Assembly: GCA_964551225.1 (NCBI GenBank)
Contig: CAZKBF010000011.1
Coordinates: 10,591 to 74,590 of the forward strand
Length of the DNA: 64,000 nucleotides
DNA from: an uncultured Ruminococcus sp.
Lineage (GTDB): Bacteria; Bacillota; Clostridia; Oscillospirales; Ruminococcaceae
Direction: 5' to 3'
The translations under genes and the position numbers were made by a program. Of this stretch, positions 43,770 to 53,832 are shown one piece after another (within the stretch, counting starts at the first letter, position 1; each line of letters opens with the position of its first letter). The notes beneath the pieces are model-generated. The model was not told the origin of the DNA. It did no database searches and worked only from the letters and a program-made list of their open reading frames with translations.

Positions 43770-45311
43770 ATGTTAAACGTTTTATATGTCGGTTCGGTTT
43801 CCGCCTGCTTTGAGCTGGAGAACAATCTGCCGTATTATTGTGAAAACGAATACACCGTGACTTTGGACAACGCCGAAATTATGAAGGCGAACACCAACGT
43901 CTTTTCGCTGTTTTCACTCGAACCCGGCAGAGAGTACACACTTTGTGTTTCGGGAAACGAGCCGATTAAGTTTACCACCAAAACCGAAACTTGCGCGATT
44001 AACGTCAAGGATTTCGGCGCTGTCGGCGACGGCGTTCACGACGATACTATGAATATTCAGACGGCGATAAACTGCTTGCCCGCGGGAGGAAGGCTGTTCT
44101 TCCCCGAGGGAACATACTTCTCCGGTTCTATCGCTATGAAAAGCCATATCACTCTCCATTTCGCGGAGAATGCAACCTTGCTCGGCAGCGGTGACCCCGA
44201 AAAGTACCCCGTTATCCCCGGAGCAGTACAAGATATTGTTACCGGTGAGGCTGTTCAGACGGGTACTTGGGAAGGGAATTCTGTTCCTATGCACAGCGCA
44301 CTTCTCTGCGCGGAGTATGCGGAGGACATCACGATTATCGGACCGGGCACTGTTGACGGAGACGCTCAGCACAGCCGCTGGTGGGTGAACGTGAAGGACC
44401 GCATTATCGCAAGACCGCGTCTAATCCACTTCAACCGCTGCAAGAATGTCACAATCCACGGAATTACCGCGCAGAACGCTGCTTCGTGGCAGCTGCACCC
44501 GTATTTCTCGGAGAATATTGACTTCTTCGACATATCGGTGAACGCGCCTAAAGACAGCCCCAACACGGACGGTCTTGACCCCGAGGCGTGCGATAACGTA
44601 AATATCATCGGCTGCAAGTTCAGCGTGGGCGATGACTGTATCGCAATCAAGTCGGGCAAGATTGACCTCGCAAAGCTTTATGAGAAACCCGCCGACCACC
44701 ACACTATCCGCAACTGCCTTATGCAGTTCGGTCATGGTGCGCTGACGCTCGGAAGTGAGATTGCTGGCGGAGTGAAAAACCTCACCGTTAACCGCTGCAT
44801 ATTCAACAAGACCGACAGAGGTCTGCGTATCAAGACTCGCCGCGGCAGAGGCAAGCTTTCCGTAATTGACGGCGTGCTTTTCGAGAATATCAAGATGAAC
44901 GGCGTTTTAAGCCCTATCACAATGAATATGTGGTACAACTGCTGCGACCCCGACAGATTTTCCGAGTACAACACAACTCGCGAGAAGCTTCCCGTTGACG
45001 ACAGAACACCTTACCTCGGTAAGTTCACGTTCAAGGATATGGTTTGTGAGAACTGCGAGGTGTGCGCTTGCTACTGCGATGGTCTCCCCGAAATGCCGAT
45101 TGAAGAAATTATCGTGGAGAACATCAAGTTCACCTACGCGGAAAAGGCAGAGCCTAATTTCCCGACTATGAAGAACAATAACACTAAACTGTGCAAGGCG
45201 GGTATGTATTTCGACAACGTCAACAAGCTCACCGTGAAGAACGTTGAAATAATTGGGAACGACGGCGAGCCGCTTATCGCCAAAAATGTCGGTTCCTTAA
45301 TCAAGGAGTAA
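43770..45311 (+). CDS. GH28 (exo-)polygalacturonase, no signal peptide
   Basis: NTDG, GDD, GHG, RIKT catalytic motifs. Confidence 0.94.
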   Translation: MLNVLYVGSVSACFELENNLPYYCENEYTVTLDNAEIMKANTNVFSLFSLEPGREYTLCVSGNEPIKFTTKTETCAINVKDFGAVGDGVHDDTMNIQTAINCLPAGGRLFFPEGTYFSGSIAMKSHITLHFAENATLLGSGDPEKYPVIPGAVQDIVTGEAVQTGTWEGNSVPMHSALLCAEYAEDITIIGPGTVDGDAQHSRWWVNVKDRIIARPRLIHFNRCKNVTIHGITAQNAASWQLHPYFSENIDFFDISVNAPKDSPNTDGLDPEACDNVNIIGCKFSVGDDCIAIKSGKIDLAKLYEKPADHHTIRNCLMQFGHGALTLGSEIAGGVKNLTVNRCIFNKTDRGLRIKTRRGRGKLSVIDGVLFENIKMNGVLSPITMNMWYNCCDPDRFSEYNTTREKLPVDDRTPYLGKFTFKDMVCENCEVCACYCDGLPEMPIEEIIVENIKFTYAEKAEPNFPTMKNNNTKLCKAGMYFDNVNKLTVKNVEIIGNDGEPLIAKNVGSLIKE

Positions 45312-45313
45312 GA

Positions 45314-46447
45314 ATGTACGAGAAAATTGACAGATATATCGACAAGCTGCTTGACGGCTCGACGCCCGACGCGCCGCTGTGGAATATCGAAAGCATAAGA
45401 CAGGGAAAAAAGCCCAGCTGGAACTACATCGACGGCTGTATGATAACCGCGCTTCTTTGCGCAAGTGAAATCACCGGTGAGACAAAATACGCAGATTTTG
45501 CCGAGAAATTCATCGACTACTATGTGTTCGACGACGGCTCAATCCGCGGTTACTCAAAGGAAAAGTTTAACCTCGACGATGTGAACGAGGGAAAGGTTCT
45601 CTTTGAGCTGTACGAGAAAACGGGCAAGGAAAAGTACAAAAAGGCGATTTTCCTTCTCGAAAGCCAACTCGAGGAACAGCCCCGCACCAATACCGGAAAC
45701 TTTTGGCACAAGCTGATTTACCCGAACCAGATTTGGCTGGACGGACTTTATATGGGACAGGTTTTCTCGACGCTGTTCAAAAAGTACTTCGGCAACAAGG
45801 ATTACTCCGATGTTGTGAACCAATTCAAAAACGTGAGAAAGCTGATGTTCGACGAGAACAAAAAGCTCTACTATCACGGCTGCGACTGCTCGAAAACCGC
45901 TTTCTGGGCGGACAAGGAAACCGGTCGCTCGAAGAGCTTTTGGCTTCGTGCTATCGGCTGGTTTACCATTTCGCTTATCGATAATATCGATTACATCGAC
46001 GACGAGGGCGCGAAAGCCGAGCTCGTCAAGATTTTCGCGGAGACGATTGACGGAATTTCGCAGTATGCCGACGCTGAAACGGGAATGTACTATCAGGTTG
46101 TCGACCAGGGCGGCAGAGAGGGCAACTACCTCGAAACCAGCGGCAGCTCGATGATTGCGTATGCGATGATGAAGGGCGCGCGGCTTGGGGTTATCGACAA
46201 GAAGTACGCCGAAATGGGCAGAAAAACCTTTGACGGCATCTGCAAAAAGTACCTCTCAATCAGCGAAGACGGCGACCTCAATCTCGGCGGAATTTGCCTT
46301 GTCGCGGGACTCGGTCCCGAGGACAACAAGCGCCGCGACGGTACCTTTGAGTACTACATCTCCGAGCCTGTTGTCGAGAACGACGCAAAGGGCGTTGCGC
46401 CTTTCGTGCTCTGCTACACCGAGGTCAAGAGAATGGAAAAGGGCTGA
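45314..46447 (+). CDS. GH105 unsaturated (rhamno)galacturonyl hydrolase, YteR-like
   Basis: WNYIDG, NLDDVN, FWHK, WLDGLYM, WLRAIGW, YLETSGS. Confidence 0.92.
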   Translation: MYEKIDRYIDKLLDGSTPDAPLWNIESIRQGKKPSWNYIDGCMITALLCASEITGETKYADFAEKFIDYYVFDDGSIRGYSKEKFNLDDVNEGKVLFELYEKTGKEKYKKAIFLLESQLEEQPRTNTGNFWHKLIYPNQIWLDGLYMGQVFSTLFKKYFGNKDYSDVVNQFKNVRKLMFDENKKLYYHGCDCSKTAFWADKETGRSKSFWLRAIGWFTISLIDNIDYIDDEGAKAELVKIFAETIDGISQYADAETGMYYQVVDQGGREGNYLETSGSSMIAYAMMKGARLGVIDKKYAEMGRKTFDGICKKYLSISEDGDLNLGGICLVAGLGPEDNKRRDGTFEYYISEPVVENDAKGVAPFVLCYTEVKRMEKG

Positions 46448-46452
46448 TTTTC

Positions 46453-46827
46453 GTGAGCGTATCGAAAAAAATCATCATAAGCACGATTTTATCGGCGGTC
46501 GTGATGTTCGGAATTGCGGGCATTTCTCTTTTGCCGAAAGAAGCTTTAAATGCGGCATTTTTTTGGAGCATTATTCTGATATTTGTGATAAACCCGCTTT
46601 TTATGGTCTTTATCGGCATTTTCAACGGCGCGCAATTCAACAAGCTGTGGTTTGTCCCGATTATTCCTGCGGTGATGTTTGTCGCGGCAATGTGCATTTT
46701 TCAGACGTTTAGTTGGGACAGTCTGATTTATCCGCTCGGGTATCTGGCTATCGGAGAAATCGCGGCTCTGCTCACGTTCCTCGTGAAAGAACAAAAGATA
46801 AAGAACAAAGGAAAGAACAATGGTTAA
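46453..46827 (+). CDS. Small hypothetical membrane protein
   Basis: Four hydrophobic segments; fills the gap between GH105 and GH4. Confidence 0.6.
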   Translation: MSVSKKIIISTILSAVVMFGIAGISLLPKEALNAAFFWSIILIFVINPLFMVFIGIFNGAQFNKLWFVPIIPAVMFVAAMCIFQTFSWDSLIYPLGYLAIGEIAALLTFLVKEQKIKNKGKNNG

Positions 46828-48226
46828 GATTAAAATTGCGTATATCGGCGGCGGCTCGAAGGCTTGGGCGCGCGTTTTTATGAACGATTTGGCGCTCGGC
46901 GAGGGGCTTTGCGGCGAGATTGCGCTGTATGATATCGATATCCCTGCGGCGGAGCGTAACCGCAAAATCGGCGAGAAAATCAACGCCGCTCCGAATACCG
47001 TTTCAAAGTGGGATTACAAGGTATATTCGGATTTGGGCGAGGCGCTTGACGGCGCGGATTTCGTGGCTTGCTCGATTTTGCCGGGAACGTTCGACGAAAT
47101 GGCGGCTGACGTTCATCTTCCCGAAAAATACGGGATTTATCAGTCGGTCGGCGATACCGTGGGACCGGGCGGTGTTCTTCGTGCGATGAGAACCGTGCCC
47201 ATTTACGAGGGCTTCGCGCGCGCTATCAAGGCGCACTGCCCCGACGCTTGGGTTATCAACCTCACAAACCCGATGACCGCGTGCACCAAAACGCTGTACG
47301 ACGTTTTCCCCGAAATCAAGGCGTTTGGCTGCTGTCACGAGGTCTTTCATGCGCAGGAATTTCTCTGCTGCGCGGCGGCAGAGCTGTTCGGTGTACCGAA
47401 GCCCACGCGCCACGAAATGAAAATCGACGCGTGCGGTATCAACCACTTCACTTGGATTACCGAAGCAAATTTCGAGGGCAGAGATATGCTCAAAGCGCTG
47501 CCCGATTTTATCGATAAATACTACGACGAGGGCTACTGCGAGCAAATCGGCTTCAAGCCGCAGGATTTTCGCGGCGACAACCCGTTCCTCTACGGAAACA
47601 AGGTCAAGATGGACTTGTTTATGCGGTTTGGCGTGCTGGCGGCTGCCGGCGACAGGCACCTTGTCGAGTTTATGAACAACTCTTGGTACCTCGATAACGA
47701 GAGTTCACCCGACAAATGGCTCTATCACCTCACAAAAGTTGATTACCGCAAGAAGGATATGCTCGAGAAAATCGCGCAGTCCGAGAGGATTGCAAACGGT
47801 GAGGAGCAAATCGAGGTCAAGAAGAGCGACGAAGAGGTTGTCGAGCTGATGAAGGCGCTGCTCGGGCTTATTCCGCCGATTGTGTCCAACGCGAATATGC
47901 CGAATGTCGGGCAGATGCGCGATATGCCGCTCGGAGCTGTCGTGGAAACGAACTGCGTGTTCTCAAGAAACAGCGTCAAGCCAATTACCGCAAAGCCGCT
48001 TCCCGCGAACGTAAGCGCGCTTGTTTTGAGAAACTGCCTGAATATCGAGAATATGTACCGCGGTATCAAAAACCGCGATTTCCGCGAGATTTTCGAGGCG
48101 TTTGTCAATCAGCCGCTTTGCTCAAAATTGAGCGTTCCCGACGCGTCACGGCTGTTTGTTGAAATGATAAAGGAAACGGGCGACTACCTCAAAGAATACT
48201 TCCCGCCCATCGAGCTTGGCATATGA
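46820..48226 (+). CDS. lplD: GH4 alpha-galacturonidase (LplD-like)
   Basis: IAYIGGGS NAD-binding motif, QSVGDTVGPGG, TNPM, CHEV motif typical of GH4 galacturonidases. Confidence 0.88.
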   Translation: MVKIKIAYIGGGSKAWARVFMNDLALGEGLCGEIALYDIDIPAAERNRKIGEKINAAPNTVSKWDYKVYSDLGEALDGADFVACSILPGTFDEMAADVHLPEKYGIYQSVGDTVGPGGVLRAMRTVPIYEGFARAIKAHCPDAWVINLTNPMTACTKTLYDVFPEIKAFGCCHEVFHAQEFLCCAAAELFGVPKPTRHEMKIDACGINHFTWITEANFEGRDMLKALPDFIDKYYDEGYCEQIGFKPQDFRGDNPFLYGNKVKMDLFMRFGVLAAAGDRHLVEFMNNSWYLDNESSPDKWLYHLTKVDYRKKDMLEKIAQSERIANGEEQIEVKKSDEEVVELMKALLGLIPPIVSNANMPNVGQMRDMPLGAVVETNCVFSRNSVKPITAKPLPANVSALVLRNCLNIENMYRGIKNRDFREIFEAFVNQPLCSKLSVPDASRLFVEMIKETGDYLKEYFPPIELGI

Positions 48227-49227
48227 TAGACGCATTTGTATTTGCCGCAAACGCAGTTTTGCCGATTGTGCTGCTGATTGCGCTCGGTTATATTCTCAAA
48301 CGAATCGGCTTTATCAAAAAGGAATTTTTCGACGTCGGAAACAAGCTCACATTCAGGGTTTTGCTCCCCGCGATGCTTTTTTACAACGTCTACAACATCA
48401 AAAGTCTGCGTGAGGTCAACGTCTATTTCGTGCTTTACGGGCTTTTGGGTGTTATTGCGATTTTCTTCATCGGAATCGGCGTTGTGTGCGCGTTCACCAA
48501 AGACTCGGGCAAGCGCGGTTCGCTTATCCAAGCGGTTTTCCGCTCGAATTACGCGATAATCGGACTTCCGCTCGCAGAGTCGCTTTTCGGGAGCGCGGGA
48601 GCCGCAGCAGCGGGCGTTATGAGCGCGTTTTGCGTGCCGCTGTTCAACATTTTGGGTGTCGTCACGCTCTCGATTTTCAACAACGACAACCAAAAAGGCA
48701 AAATCAACGTCAAAAAAATTCTCCTCGGGATTATCAAAAATCCGCTTATCCTCGGCACTCTGGCGGGTCTCGCCGTGCTGGGTATCCGCGAGCTATTTAT
48801 AATGTGGGGCTGGTCGTTCAGGTTTTCGGACGTCACGTTCCTCTACAAAACGCTTGAGAGCGTGAAATCAATCTGCACGCCGTTTGCGCTGATTGTGCTG
48901 GGCGGAAGATTTGAGTTCTCGGCGGTCAAAAGGCTTCGCAAAGAAATCGTTTTCGGTACGTTCGTGAGAACGGTTGCCGTGCCTATTCTCGGGCTTGGCG
49001 GCGCGCTTTTGCTCAAAATGACGGTTCTCCCCGAGCTTGCCGGCGAGCATTTCGCAACCTATGTCGGAGTTTTCGCAACGCCTGTTGCCGTCGCAAGCGC
49101 GATTATGGCGAAGGAAATGCACGCGGACGACGAGCTTGCGGGACAGCTTGTCGTGTGGACGAGCCTGATTAGTACAGTCACTATTTTCGCGTATGTCACG
49201 ATACTGCGCTCAATCGGTATTTTTTAG
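48223..49227 (+). CDS. AEC (auxin efflux carrier/malate permease) family transporter
   Basis: NKLTFRVLLP, FRSNYAIIGLP, NPLI, TPVAVASAIMA. Confidence 0.88.
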   Translation: MIDAFVFAANAVLPIVLLIALGYILKRIGFIKKEFFDVGNKLTFRVLLPAMLFYNVYNIKSLREVNVYFVLYGLLGVIAIFFIGIGVVCAFTKDSGKRGSLIQAVFRSNYAIIGLPLAESLFGSAGAAAAGVMSAFCVPLFNILGVVTLSIFNNDNQKGKINVKKILLGIIKNPLILGTLAGLAVLGIRELFIMWGWSFRFSDVTFLYKTLESVKSICTPFALIVLGGRFEFSAVKRLRKEIVFGTFVRTVAVPILGLGGALLLKMTVLPELAGEHFATYVGVFATPVAVASAIMAKEMHADDELAGQLVVWTSLISTVTIFAYVTILRSIGIF

Positions 49228-49286
49228 TAAGACAGGGATTTTTCCCTTTAATAAACAAAATCACAAGAATTTATGGAGGTAACATT

Positions 49287-50042
49287 ATGATTCTTGACAA
49301 ATTCAGTCTTGCAGGTAAGGTAGCTATCGTAACGGGAAGTGATACCGGTCTCGGACAGGGCTTCTCAAAGGCTTTCGTTGAGGCGGGCGCAAAGGTTCTC
49401 GGCGTTTCCGTCGTTCCTTCAACCGCTACGCAGGAAATGCTCGGCGAGGAGAATTTCCAGTTTATGTGCGCTGACCTCTCCACCCTCGACCCCATCGACA
49501 GCATCATCAACACCGCTCTCGAGAAGTTCGGTCAGATTGACATTCTCGTTAACAACGCGGGCGTTATCAAGCGTGAGGACACCATCGATTTCAGCGTTGA
49601 AAACTGGGATTTGGTTATGAACGTAAACTGCCGCACGCTCTTCTTCCTCTCGCAGGCTTGCGCAAAGCAGTTCGTAAAGCAGGGTCACGGCGGTAAGATT
49701 ATCTCCGTTGCTTCGATGCTTTCTTATCAGGGCGGTATCCGCGTTCCTTCCTACACCGCTTCCAAGTCCGCTGTCAAGGGCATTACCATGACAATGGCAA
49801 ACGAGTGGGCTTCCAAGGGTATCAATGTAAACGCAATCGCTCCCGGCTATATGGCAACCAACAACACCAAGGCTCTGCGCGCTGACGCTGACAGAAGCGA
49901 GGCAATCCTCGACAGAATTCCCGCAGGCCGCTGGGGTACTCCCGACGACATCATGGGTGCTGCCGTATTCCTTGCGTCTTCCGCTTCGGACTATGTAAAC
50001 GGCTTTACAATCGCTGTTGACGGCGGCTGGCTCGGCAGATAA
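49287..50042 (+). CDS. kduD: 2-dehydro-3-deoxy-D-gluconate 5-dehydrogenase
   Basis: SDR TGSDTGLG, NNAG, SMLSYQGGIRVPSYTASK, VDGGWLGR. Confidence 0.94.
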   Translation: MILDKFSLAGKVAIVTGSDTGLGQGFSKAFVEAGAKVLGVSVVPSTATQEMLGEENFQFMCADLSTLDPIDSIINTALEKFGQIDILVNNAGVIKREDTIDFSVENWDLVMNVNCRTLFFLSQACAKQFVKQGHGGKIISVASMLSYQGGIRVPSYTASKSAVKGITMTMANEWASKGINVNAIAPGYMATNNTKALRADADRSEAILDRIPAGRWGTPDDIMGAAVFLASSASDYVNGFTIAVDGGWLGR

Positions 50043-50076
50043 TTTAAGTTGAATAAATTATTCGGAGGAATTTGAA

Positions 50077-51048
50077 ATGGACAACAAAAAGTTTCTTGAA
50101 CAGCTTGAGTGCACGGGCGTTGTTCCCGTAATCAAGCTCGAAAACACCGATGACGCCGTAAATCTTGCAAAGGCTCTTTACGACGGCGGTATTCACTGCG
50201 CAGAGGTTACCTTCCGCGCAGCAGGCGCAGACAAGGTTATCAAGGCGATGACCGATGCTTATCCCGATATGCTCGTAGGTGCAGGCACCGTGCTCACTAT
50301 CGAGCAGTGCGACGCGGCTATCGCGGCAGGCGCAAAGTTCTGCGTTGCTCCCGGTCTCAACCCCGCGGTTGTTAAGCACTGCCTCGACAAGGGCGTTCCC
50401 TTTGCTCCCGGCGTTGCAAACGGCTCGCAGATTGAACAGGCTCTCGAGCTCGGACTTGATTTCGTCAAGTTCTTCCCCGCAGAGCAGGCGGGCGGTCTGC
50501 CTTACATCAAGGCTGTTTCCGCACCTTACTCGATGATGAAGTTTATGCCCACAGGCGGAGTTAACGAGAACAACCTCAACAACTACCTCGCATTCAAGAA
50601 AATCGTTTGCTGCGGCGGTTCGTGGATTGTTCCCGACAAGCTTGTCAAGGCGCAGAAGTGGGACGAAATCACCGAACTTTGCAAGGCTGCTGTTAACAAG
50701 ATGCTCGACTTCCAGCTCGTTCACGTTGGTATCAACTGCCAGAACGAGGACGAGGCAAAGAGCACTACCGCTAAGTTTATGGATATGTTCGGCTGGGCGC
50801 AGAAGGTTGGCAACTCCAGCGTGTTCGCAGGCACCCAGATTGAGTGCATGAAGGCTCCGTTCAAGGGCGCTATGGGACACATCGCCGTTTCCACTCCGAA
50901 CGTTCGCAGAGCTGTGTTCCAGCTCCAGCAGAAGGGCGTTAAGTTCGATATGGACAGCGCAAAGTACGACGCAGACGGCAGAATGACCGTTATCTATCTC
51001 GCTGAAGAATACAGCGGATTTGCTATTCACCTCGTAGAGAAAAAGTAA
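50077..51048 (+). CDS. eda: KDPG/KHG aldolase with C-terminal VOC-like extension
   Basis: EVTFR, VGAGTVL, KFFPAE, FMPTGGV, plus about 110 extra residues. Confidence 0.92.
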   Translation: MDNKKFLEQLECTGVVPVIKLENTDDAVNLAKALYDGGIHCAEVTFRAAGADKVIKAMTDAYPDMLVGAGTVLTIEQCDAAIAAGAKFCVAPGLNPAVVKHCLDKGVPFAPGVANGSQIEQALELGLDFVKFFPAEQAGGLPYIKAVSAPYSMMKFMPTGGVNENNLNNYLAFKKIVCCGGSWIVPDKLVKAQKWDEITELCKAAVNKMLDFQLVHVGINCQNEDEAKSTTAKFMDMFGWAQKVGNSSVFAGTQIECMKAPFKGAMGHIAVSTPNVRRAVFQLQQKGVKFDMDSAKYDADGRMTVIYLAEEYSGFAIHLVEKK

Positions 51049-51072
51049 TTTATTATAAAGGAGATTTTACCG

Positions 51073-52104
51073 ATGGCTAAAGTAGTTACTATGGGCGAGA
51101 TTATGCTCCGCCTTTCCACTCCCAACAACGAAAAGTTTATTCAGGCAGACGAGTTTGACGTTTGCTACGGCGGCGGCGAGGCGAACGTTGCTGTTTCGCT
51201 CGCAAATTACGGTCACGACGCTGAATTCGTAACCGCTGTTCCCAACAACGAAATCGGCGAGTGCGCTGTTGCAGCTCTCCGCAAGTACGGCGTTGAGACC
51301 AAGCACATCGCAAAGACCGGCGAGAGACTCGGCATCTACTTCCTCGAGAGCGGCTCTTCTATGAGACCTTCCAAGGTTGTTTACGACAGAGCTCATTCCT
51401 CGATTTCAACCGCAACCGCTGCTGATTTCGATTTTGACGCTATCTTCGAGGGCGCTGACTGGTTCCACTTCACCGGTATCACTCCCGCTGTTTCCGACGC
51501 TGCTGCTGTTCTTACCGAAGAAGCTCTCAAGGCTGCGAAGAAGCACGGCGTAAAGGTTTCCGTTGACCTCAACTTCCGCAAGAAGCTCTGGAGCAGCGAG
51601 AAGGCTCAAAAGGTTATGAAGAACCTTATGCAGTACGTTGACGTTTGCATCGGCAACGAGGAGGACGCAGAGCTCGTTCTCGGCTACAAGCCCGGCAACA
51701 CCGACGTTACACAGGGTGACCTCGAGCTCGCGGGCTACAAGTCCATTTTCGAGCAGATGGTTGCTGACTACAACTTTGAATACTGCATCTCTTCGCTCCG
51801 CGTTTCGCACTCCGCTTCCGACAACGGCTGGTCTGCGTGCATCTACAGCAGAGATACCAAGGAGTTCTACCACTCCAAGGAATACTCCATTCACCCGATT
51901 GTTGACCGCGTAGGCGGCGGCGATTCCTTCGCGGGCGGCGTTATCTGCGGTCTGGTTGACGGCAAGGATTTCAAGGCTGCGCTCGAATACGGCGTTGCTG
52001 CTTCCGCGCTCAAGCACACAATCCCCGGCGACTTCAACCTCGTTTCCCGCAAGGAAGTTGAAACTCTCGCAGGCGGCGACGCTTCAGGACGCGTTCAGAG
52101 ATAA
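51073..52104 (+). CDS. kdgK: 2-keto-3-deoxygluconate kinase (PfkB family)
   Basis: GEIMLRL, GGGEANVA, DLNFRKKLW, DRVGGGDSF. Confidence 0.93.
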   Translation: MAKVVTMGEIMLRLSTPNNEKFIQADEFDVCYGGGEANVAVSLANYGHDAEFVTAVPNNEIGECAVAALRKYGVETKHIAKTGERLGIYFLESGSSMRPSKVVYDRAHSSISTATAADFDFDAIFEGADWFHFTGITPAVSDAAAVLTEEALKAAKKHGVKVSVDLNFRKKLWSSEKAQKVMKNLMQYVDVCIGNEEDAELVLGYKPGNTDVTQGDLELAGYKSIFEQMVADYNFEYCISSLRVSHSASDNGWSACIYSRDTKEFYHSKEYSIHPIVDRVGGGDSFAGGVICGLVDGKDFKAALEYGVAASALKHTIPGDFNLVSRKEVETLAGGDASGRVQR

Positions 52105-52937
52105 TGAAGCTGTTTATTCGCGCCCACGATTTGGGCGTAAAAGGCGAGGAAAATATCGTGAAACGTCTCGACGAGCTGGGACTTTCCGGAGTTCAGCTTG
52201 TCGCGTACAAATGCCTTGACGACGTTGCTTACACGCCCGGCGCAATCACCAAAGAGCGCGCCGAGGCGTTCAGCACGGTTTTCAGTAAAGCAGGCAAAAC
52301 CGTTCCGCTTATCGGCGCGTATTTCAATCCCGTTCACCCGAACGAGGAGAAAATCGCGAACGGAAAGGCGGTTTTCAAGGATTATCTCGCGCACTGCCAC
52401 GAGCTTGGCTGCGAGGTTGTCGGCTCGGAAACCGGCTCCTACAACGGCGACAAGTGGACTTATCACCCGCAAAACCGCACCGAAGAAGCTGTACAGAGAG
52501 TTATCTCAACGTTTTCGGAGCTTGCGGACTTTGCCAAGAGCCACAACGCTTTTATCGGTATGGAAGGCGCGTTCGGGCACGTTTGCTGGAACGTCAAAAC
52601 GCTTGACAGAGCGGTCAAGGCTATCGGTCGCGACAATATCAGGATTATCTTCGATTTGTACAACTATCTTGACAAATCGAATGTCAACGAAATGTACGAT
52701 ATCCTGCACGAAGGTCTCGAAACGTTCGGCGGCAACATTCAGGTGTTCCACATCAAGGACTGCGTAATCGCCGAGGACGGCTCGCTCAAACAGGTTGGCG
52801 TGGGGAAGGGCATTTTCGATTACTCGAGGATTATCCCCGAAATCCGAAAGGTTTGTCCCGACGCAAATCTCGTTTTCGAGGGCACAACAGGCGAGGATAT
52901 CCCCGCCGCTGTTGCTCACATAAAGCAATTTATTTAA
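52104..52937 (+). CDS. Sugar phosphate isomerase/epimerase-like TIM barrel (AP endonuclease 2 fold)
   Basis: IRAHD, GSETG, MEG, FDLYN, FHIKD, VFE metal-ligand pattern. Confidence 0.8.
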   Translation: MKLFIRAHDLGVKGEENIVKRLDELGLSGVQLVAYKCLDDVAYTPGAITKERAEAFSTVFSKAGKTVPLIGAYFNPVHPNEEKIANGKAVFKDYLAHCHELGCEVVGSETGSYNGDKWTYHPQNRTEEAVQRVISTFSELADFAKSHNAFIGMEGAFGHVCWNVKTLDRAVKAIGRDNIRIIFDLYNYLDKSNVNEMYDILHEGLETFGGNIQVFHIKDCVIAEDGSLKQVGVGKGIFDYSRIIPEIRKVCPDANLVFEGTTGEDIPAAVAHIKQFI

Positions 52938-52947
52938 GGAGAAAACA

Positions 52948-53784
52948 ATGACTTTAGATATCAGATATGCAAATCACCCCGATGATTCAAAGCATTACGA
53001 TACGGAAACCCTGCGTAAGCACTACCTCATCGACAAGGTTTTCGTTAAGGACGAAATCGCGCTCACCTATTCTCATCAGGACAGAATGATTGCGGGCGGC
53101 GCAATGCCTGTTGACACGGAGCTTGCGCTCGGTTCTACAAAGGAGCTCGGCACGGAGTATTTCCTCGAGCGCCGCGAAATGGGTATCATCAACGTCGGCG
53201 GCAAGGGTACTGTTGTTCTTGACGGCACGGAGTACGCGCTCAATTTCAAGGACGGCATTTATATCGGTATGGGAACCAAGGAGATTGTCTTCAAGTCGGA
53301 CGACAAGGCAAATCCCGCGAAGTTCTACATCAACTCCTGCCCCGCGCACAAGACCTATCCTACGGTTTACATCACCAAGGACAAGGCTGTTCACCGTCCT
53401 CTCGGCTCTGACGAGAATATGAACAAGCGCGTTGTTAACCAGTACATCAACCCCGCAGTCTGCGAAAGCTGCCAGCTCGCTATGGGTATGACGGAGCTTG
53501 CTCCCGGCAACAGCTGGAACACAATGCCTTCCCACACCCACGAGAGAAGAATGGAAGTTTACTTCTACTTCGAGGTTCCCGGCGACAATATCGTGTTCCA
53601 CATGATGGGACAGCCCAAGGAAACCCGCCACATCATTCTTCACAACGAACAGGCGGTTATCTCGCCCTCGTGGTCAATCCACTCCGGCACCGCTACCTCG
53701 AATTACACCTTCATCTGGGGTATGTGCGGCGAAAACCAGACCTACGATGATATGGACAATATTGGCAATCTCGACCTCAAATAA
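52948..53784 (+). CDS. kduI: 4-deoxy-L-threo-5-hexosulose-uronate ketol-isomerase
   Basis: FLERREMGIIN, WNTMPSHTHERRMEVY, ETRHI, SPSWSIHSG, GENQ. Confidence 0.95.
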   Translation: MTLDIRYANHPDDSKHYDTETLRKHYLIDKVFVKDEIALTYSHQDRMIAGGAMPVDTELALGSTKELGTEYFLERREMGIINVGGKGTVVLDGTEYALNFKDGIYIGMGTKEIVFKSDDKANPAKFYINSCPAHKTYPTVYITKDKAVHRPLGSDENMNKRVVNQYINPAVCESCQLAMGMTELAPGNSWNTMPSHTHERRMEVYFYFEVPGDNIVFHMMGQPKETRHIILHNEQAVISPSWSIHSGTATSNYTFIWGMCGENQTYDDMDNIGNLDLK

Positions 53785-53832
53785 TCGCCACGCGGTTATT
53801 GAATAGAATTTTTTTGAAAGTGGAGTACCGTT

